In this document: positions 58,097 through 64,000 of the stretch, in pieces
How positions within the stretch are numbered: position 1 is the first letter of the stretch
Layout: each line of letters starts with the position of its first letter
Assembly: GCA_016713665.1 (NCBI GenBank)
Contig: JADJOR010000009.1
Location: 98,778-162,777 of the forward strand
DNA length: 64,000 nt
Source of the DNA: Deltaproteobacteria bacterium
GTDB lineage: Bacteria > Myxococcota_A > UBA9160 > UBA4427
Direction: 5' to 3'
Position numbers and translations under genes: made by a program
Notes under the pieces: model-generated
Told to the model about the DNA's origin: nothing
The model's database searches: none
Seen by the model: only the letters and a program-made list of their open reading frames with translations

Positions 58097-58417
58097 TCAT
58101 CCGGGCGTCGCGTCGTTCGCGTTCAGACGCGCAGGTCGATGTGGGGCAGTCGGGACGGATTCTCGTCGCCGGCATCGCTCTCGTCGGCGTCGTGATCGGC
58201 GTCGTGATCGGCGGGGGGTAGCGCGGTCTTCGGCGTCGGGCGCGGGTCCCTCGGCCTCCGGGGTCCGCTCGGACTCTTCGCGATCGGATTCGCGGCGCGG
58301 ACGCGGCGGCTTCTCGGGCCGCGGGCGCCGGGGCTCGCGGCCGGATTCGCGGGTCGGTCGCAGCGGGTGGATCGGCTGGACGGGTGTGGACGGCAGGATT
58401 CGCGGGACGTCGCTCAT
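58097..58417 (-). CDS. Small Pro/Arg/Glu-rich hypothetical protein upstream of copA; 3' reading frame ambiguous
   Basis: ATG 58417 is preceded by AAGGAGAGG at 5-nt spacing. The first ~65 codons have high third-position GC. After the G6 run (58213-58218) the ATG frame drops to about 50% GC3. The +1 frame has about 83% GC3, reads PADHDADHDADESDAGDENPSRLPHIDLRV and stops at 58123-58125. Confidence 0.4.
   Translation of the reverse strand: MSDVPRILPSTPVQPIHPLRPTRESGREPRRPRPEKPPRPRRESDREESERTPEAEGPAPDAEDRATPRRSRRRSRRRRERCRRRESVPTAPHRPARLNANDATPG
58189..58212. repeat. Perfect 12-bp tandem duplication GTCGTGATCGGC x2
   Basis: Copies at 58189-58200 and 58201-58212 are identical. The duplication lies inside the small ORF upstream of copA. 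Confidence 0.9.
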
Positions 58418-58561
58418 GACCGCCTCTCCTTCGCAACGACCGAAAGGCTCCCTTCGCCCATCGGCGGACCGCTCGACGGCTTGAGGCCCGTCCGCCGCGG
58501 GCGCCTCCGAGGGCACCGGAGGTCGGCGCCTCAGCGCCGTGGCTGTGGCTATGCTGCCCGG

Positions 58562-59398
58562 ATGGCGGGGATCGACGAGCTGCTGCGGATCATGGCGCGA
58601 CTGCGCGACCCCGAAGAGGGCTGCCCCTGGGACCTCGACCAGGACTTCGCCAGCATCTCGCCGCATACCATCGAAGAGGCCTACGAGGTCGACGAGGCGA
58701 TCGCCCGCGGCGATCTCGAGGCGCTCTGTGACGAGCTCGGGGACCTGCTCTTCCAGGTCGTCTTCCAGGCCCGGCTCGGCGAGGAGCAGGGGGCCTTCGA
58801 TTTCGCCGGCGTGGTCGAGGCCGTCTGCGCGAAGCTCGTCCGGCGCCATCCCCACATCTTCGCCGATACCCCTTCGCCGGGGAGCCCGGCCGCGCAGGTC
58901 GCCCACTGGGAGTCGATCAAGGCCGCCGAGCGCGCCGAGCGGGCATCGACCCGATCCGGTCCGAGCGATCCCTTCGAGGGCATCCCCCGCGCGTTGCCTG
59001 CGCTCACCCGCTCGGCCAAGCTGGCCGGTCGACTGGCGCGCCTGCAAGCCGAAGGGGCGGCGGAGCCGATCCGCTCACCCGAGGCGGTGGCCGAGGCGCT
59101 CGCGGGGCTCGCGCGGACGACGGCCCGGGCTTCGGAGACGTTTCGGACGTCGGATCGGGTCTGGCGCGAGGCAGAGGAGGCGGAGGTCGGCGGGGAGGCC
59201 GAGGGCGCCGGCGGCGCGGCCGAATCGCCCGATCGGGCCCTGCGGCTGCGAATCGTGGGCGAGGGGATTCGCGCGTGGGTGGAGCTCGCCCGTCAGCTCG
59301 GAGTCGATCCGGAGCAGGCGCTTCGTCTCGAGGACGATCGCGCGACCGACGCGGTTCGCCGCGATCTGCATCAAGCCGCCCCCGCGCAGCACCGATAG
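58562..59398 (+). CDS. mazG: Nucleoside triphosphate pyrophosphohydrolase MazG
   Basis: IDELLRIMARLRDPEEGCPWDLDQDFASISPHTIEEAYEVDEAI..ELGDLLFQVVFQARL..KLVRRHPHIF. Confidence 0.85.
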   Translation: MAGIDELLRIMARLRDPEEGCPWDLDQDFASISPHTIEEAYEVDEAIARGDLEALCDELGDLLFQVVFQARLGEEQGAFDFAGVVEAVCAKLVRRHPHIFADTPSPGSPAAQVAHWESIKAAERAERASTRSGPSDPFEGIPRALPALTRSAKLAGRLARLQAEGAAEPIRSPEAVAEALAGLARTTARASETFRTSDRVWREAEEAEVGGEAEGAGGAAESPDRALRLRIVGEGIRAWVELARQLGVDPEQALRLEDDRATDAVRRDLHQAAPAQHR

Positions 59399-59446
59399 GC
59401 GCTCCACGCTGCGCGTTCGCTGCGCGCTGCGGTCGGAGGACCTGCG

Positions 59447-59710
59447 ATGCGCGTCGAACGAAAGCCCGAGAAGGGGCGCCACAAGTCGAGGTCGAGACGG
59501 CTCGCTCGCGAGCTGCGACTGTGGCTCCCTTTTCTCGGACTGCTCTGCTGCTATTCGCTGTCCGCGACCGCGATCGTCGTGACGGAGCTCGTCACGCTCG
59601 AGTCACGCCCCGAGGCCGGGACTCATTTCTTGACGATCTCGAGCAATTCGACCTCGAACGCCAGCGCGGCGCCCGGCATGATGCGCGGCGGTGCGCCGCG
59701 GTTGCCGTAG
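59447..59710 (+). CDS. Possible small single-pass membrane protein (87 aa)
   Basis: ATG 59447 has GGAGGA 6 nt upstream. A basic N-terminus is followed by the hydrophobic LWLPFLGLLCCYSLSATAIVV, and third-position GC is about 80%. The ORF runs 88 nt into the antisense 3' end of the FKBP gene before reaching a stop. No family recognised. Confidence 0.3.
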   Translation: MRVERKPEKGRHKSRSRRLARELRLWLPFLGLLCCYSLSATAIVVTELVTLESRPEAGTHFLTISSNSTSNASAAPGMMRGGAPRLP

Positions 59711-60351
59711 GCGATCGAAGCGGGGCACACGAGCCGGGCCTTTCCGCCGACCTTCATCAGCGCGACGCCCTCGGTCCAGCACGGGATCACGCGGTTGAGC
59801 GCGAACTCCGCCGGCTGGCCCCGATCGACCGAGCTGTCGAAGACGGTGCCGTCGCGCAGGGTGCCGTGGTAGTGCACGCGGACCTTGTCCGTCGCGGCGG
59901 GCGTGGCGCCGTTGCCGGGCTTCAGCTGCGTGATGATCAGGCCCGACGCCGTCTTCTTCGCACCGGACTTGGCCGCCTCCGCCGTCAGGAAGGCCGTCGC
60001 TGCCGACGCCTCGAGCTGAGCCGACTTCTCCTGGCGCGCCTGCATCATCGTCCGGATCAGGTTGCCGCCTTCCTGCTGCTCGACGGCGAGGACCTTGTCG
60101 CCGACGACGTCGCGCAGGCCCTGCACGACGAGCTCGAGCTCGCGGTCGCTGATCGGCTTGAACTGCTGGAGGTTGCCGGCGAGCGCCGTCCCGATCGCGT
60201 AGAAGGCCTTCTCGTCGTCCGTCTTCGGCGCGCCCGTCTGGGCCCCTGCCGCGCTGGCGAGCGCGAGCGAAAGGCCGATCAGCGCGATCAGGCCGGCCAC
60301 CTTCGCCGCGCCGCTCGTTCGAATCGTCGGATGAAGCATGAAAGAGATCAT
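59623..60351 (-). CDS. FKBP-type peptidyl-prolyl cis-trans isomerase with N-terminal dimerisation domain (FkpA/Mip-like), secreted
   Basis: Signal VAGLIALIGLSLALASAAGA. FKBP core VRVHYHGTLRDGTVFDSS..GQPAEFALNRVIPCWTEGVALMKVGGKARLVCPASIAYG. Confidence 0.85.
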   Translation of the reverse strand: MISFMLHPTIRTSGAAKVAGLIALIGLSLALASAAGAQTGAPKTDDEKAFYAIGTALAGNLQQFKPISDRELELVVQGLRDVVGDKVLAVEQQEGGNLIRTMMQARQEKSAQLEASAATAFLTAEAAKSGAKKTASGLIITQLKPGNGATPAATDKVRVHYHGTLRDGTVFDSSVDRGQPAEFALNRVIPCWTEGVALMKVGGKARLVCPASIAYGNRGAPPRIMPGAALAFEVELLEIVKK

Positions 60352-60475
60352 CGTGCCCTCGTATGCGGCGCCGCGTGCGGGGCGCCGTGAATGGACGTGC
60401 TGGCCAGGGACCCGAAAACGGCCGGAACATACACTACCGCCCCGGCTCGCCACCGGGTCGTGCGCGTCGTGCAGA

Positions 60476-60497
60476 AACCGATGGACACCATCCGGTT
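60476..60497 (-). terminator. Hairpin downstream of uvrA (9-bp stem with 1-nt bulge, loop ACA)
   Basis: Plus strand reads AACCGATGG-ACA-CCATCCGGTT. On the minus strand it is followed by TCTGCACG; a short T stretch forms only with the last two stem bases. Confidence 0.35.
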
Positions 60498-60539
60498 CAT
60501 CCGTCCCGGTCGGTCGGATCGCGCTCGGCGGACGCCGTC

Positions 60540-63533
<2,994 letters not shown>

Positions 63534-63723
63534 GCGGTCGCCGAGAGTAGGGGATCGGAGCGTGGATCCGCGATCCCGGCAGGCGAGGGACGGGCGCGGC
63601 CAGCGCGGCCAGCGTGGCCGGGCGCGCTACGGCGCGGCGCGGCGCCGCGCCGGCCCGAGGGTATCCTCCTCGCCGCTCGCGGACCCGATCCGGGCCCCGT
63701 ACGAGGGGAGTCGTCGCTTGGCC

Positions 63724-64000
63724 ATGCCGTCGCTCGAGGGGAAGGTCGCGTTCGTGAGCGGGGCGAGCCGGGGGATCGGGGCGGCGCTCGCCGTGCGCTT
63801 CGCGCAGATGGGGATGCGCCTCGCGCTGTGTGCACGGGGCGAGCCGGTGCTCCCGGAGAGCGCGAACGTCCTCTCGCGGCGGCTCGACGTCCGGGACGCC
63901 GGGGCCTTCGAGGCGCTGACGGCGGAGATCGAGGCGCGCTTCGGCACCGTCGATCTCTGGATCAACAATGCGGGGGTCCTCGAGCCGATCCGCCCGATCC
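63724..64000 (+). CDS. SDR-family oxidoreductase, 5' part only (runs off window)
   Basis: [31 protein letters not shown]. Confidence 0.8.
   Translation, partial: MPSLEGKVAFVSGASRGIGAALAVRFAQMGMRLALCARGEPVLPESANVLSRRLDVRDAGAFEALTAEIEARFGTVDLWINNAGVLEPIRPI

Noticed and set aside
54575-58195. 1206-aa plus-strand ORF across the sulfatase 5' end, PilZ region and all of copA
   Set aside because: It is antisense or out of frame to copA and the sulfatase, both of which carry diagnostic motifs. The translation is Arg-rich nonsense.
63534-63723. SOS (LexA) box upstream of uvrA
   Set aside because: There is no CTGT-N8-ACAG or GAAC-N7-GTTC type site. Only a GGATC-N3-GATCC inverted repeat is present, which I cannot tie to any known regulator.

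Overview
High-GC (about 70% by eye) bacterial chromosomal window, tightly packed with about 50 protein genes. I recognised no rRNA, tRNA, CRISPR array, transposase or integrase. Most genes are oxidoreductases and hydrolases: 6 SDRs, 3 Zn-dependent alcohol dehydrogenases, 2 TauD/TfdA dioxygenases, PhyH, a GMC oxidoreductase, an OYE/FadH-like reductase, nitronate monooxygenase, nitrilase, amidohydrolase-2 and an M20 amidohydrolase. Also present are two formylglycine-type sulfatases, a sulfotransferase, three PEP-CTERM-tagged secreted proteins, copper genes (copA, DUF411), a flotillin/NfeD pair, a can-SulP pair, and housekeeping uvrA, mazG, ilvA and an FKBP isomerase. Most noteworthy: (1) An intact 1703-aa secreted mosaic protein (14245-19356) fuses PA14, a galactose-oxidase-like radical-copper oxidase with its active-site residues conserved, NPCBM, discoidin, a beta-propeller, a di-haem cytochrome c peroxidase-like module, TSP3 repeats and a C-terminal anchor. 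This puts an H2O2 producer and an H2O2 consumer in one chain. (2) The first 7 kb holds three adjacent genes with reading-frame lesions: a giant FG-GAP adhesin-type gene with many frameshifts and an in-frame TAG, an OYE/FadH-like gene with a compensating frameshift pair, and a Zn-ADH with an in-frame TAG. The remaining 57 kb is clean apart from one possible frame switch in a small ORF at 58097-58417. (3) An ECF sigma factor is fused to a ZAS-type anti-sigma domain and overlapped by a DUF2892 membrane-protein gene. (4) A PEP-CTERM, sulfotransferase and sulfatase island. (5) Five convergent gene pairs share a 4-nt overlapping stop (four CTAG, one TTAG). All functional calls come from motif and family recognition in the supplied translations. 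No database search was run, so family names are expert-eye assignments and start codons are approximate. I cannot say that any of these is a truly undescribed system; the mosaic oxidase-peroxidase protein is my best candidate.
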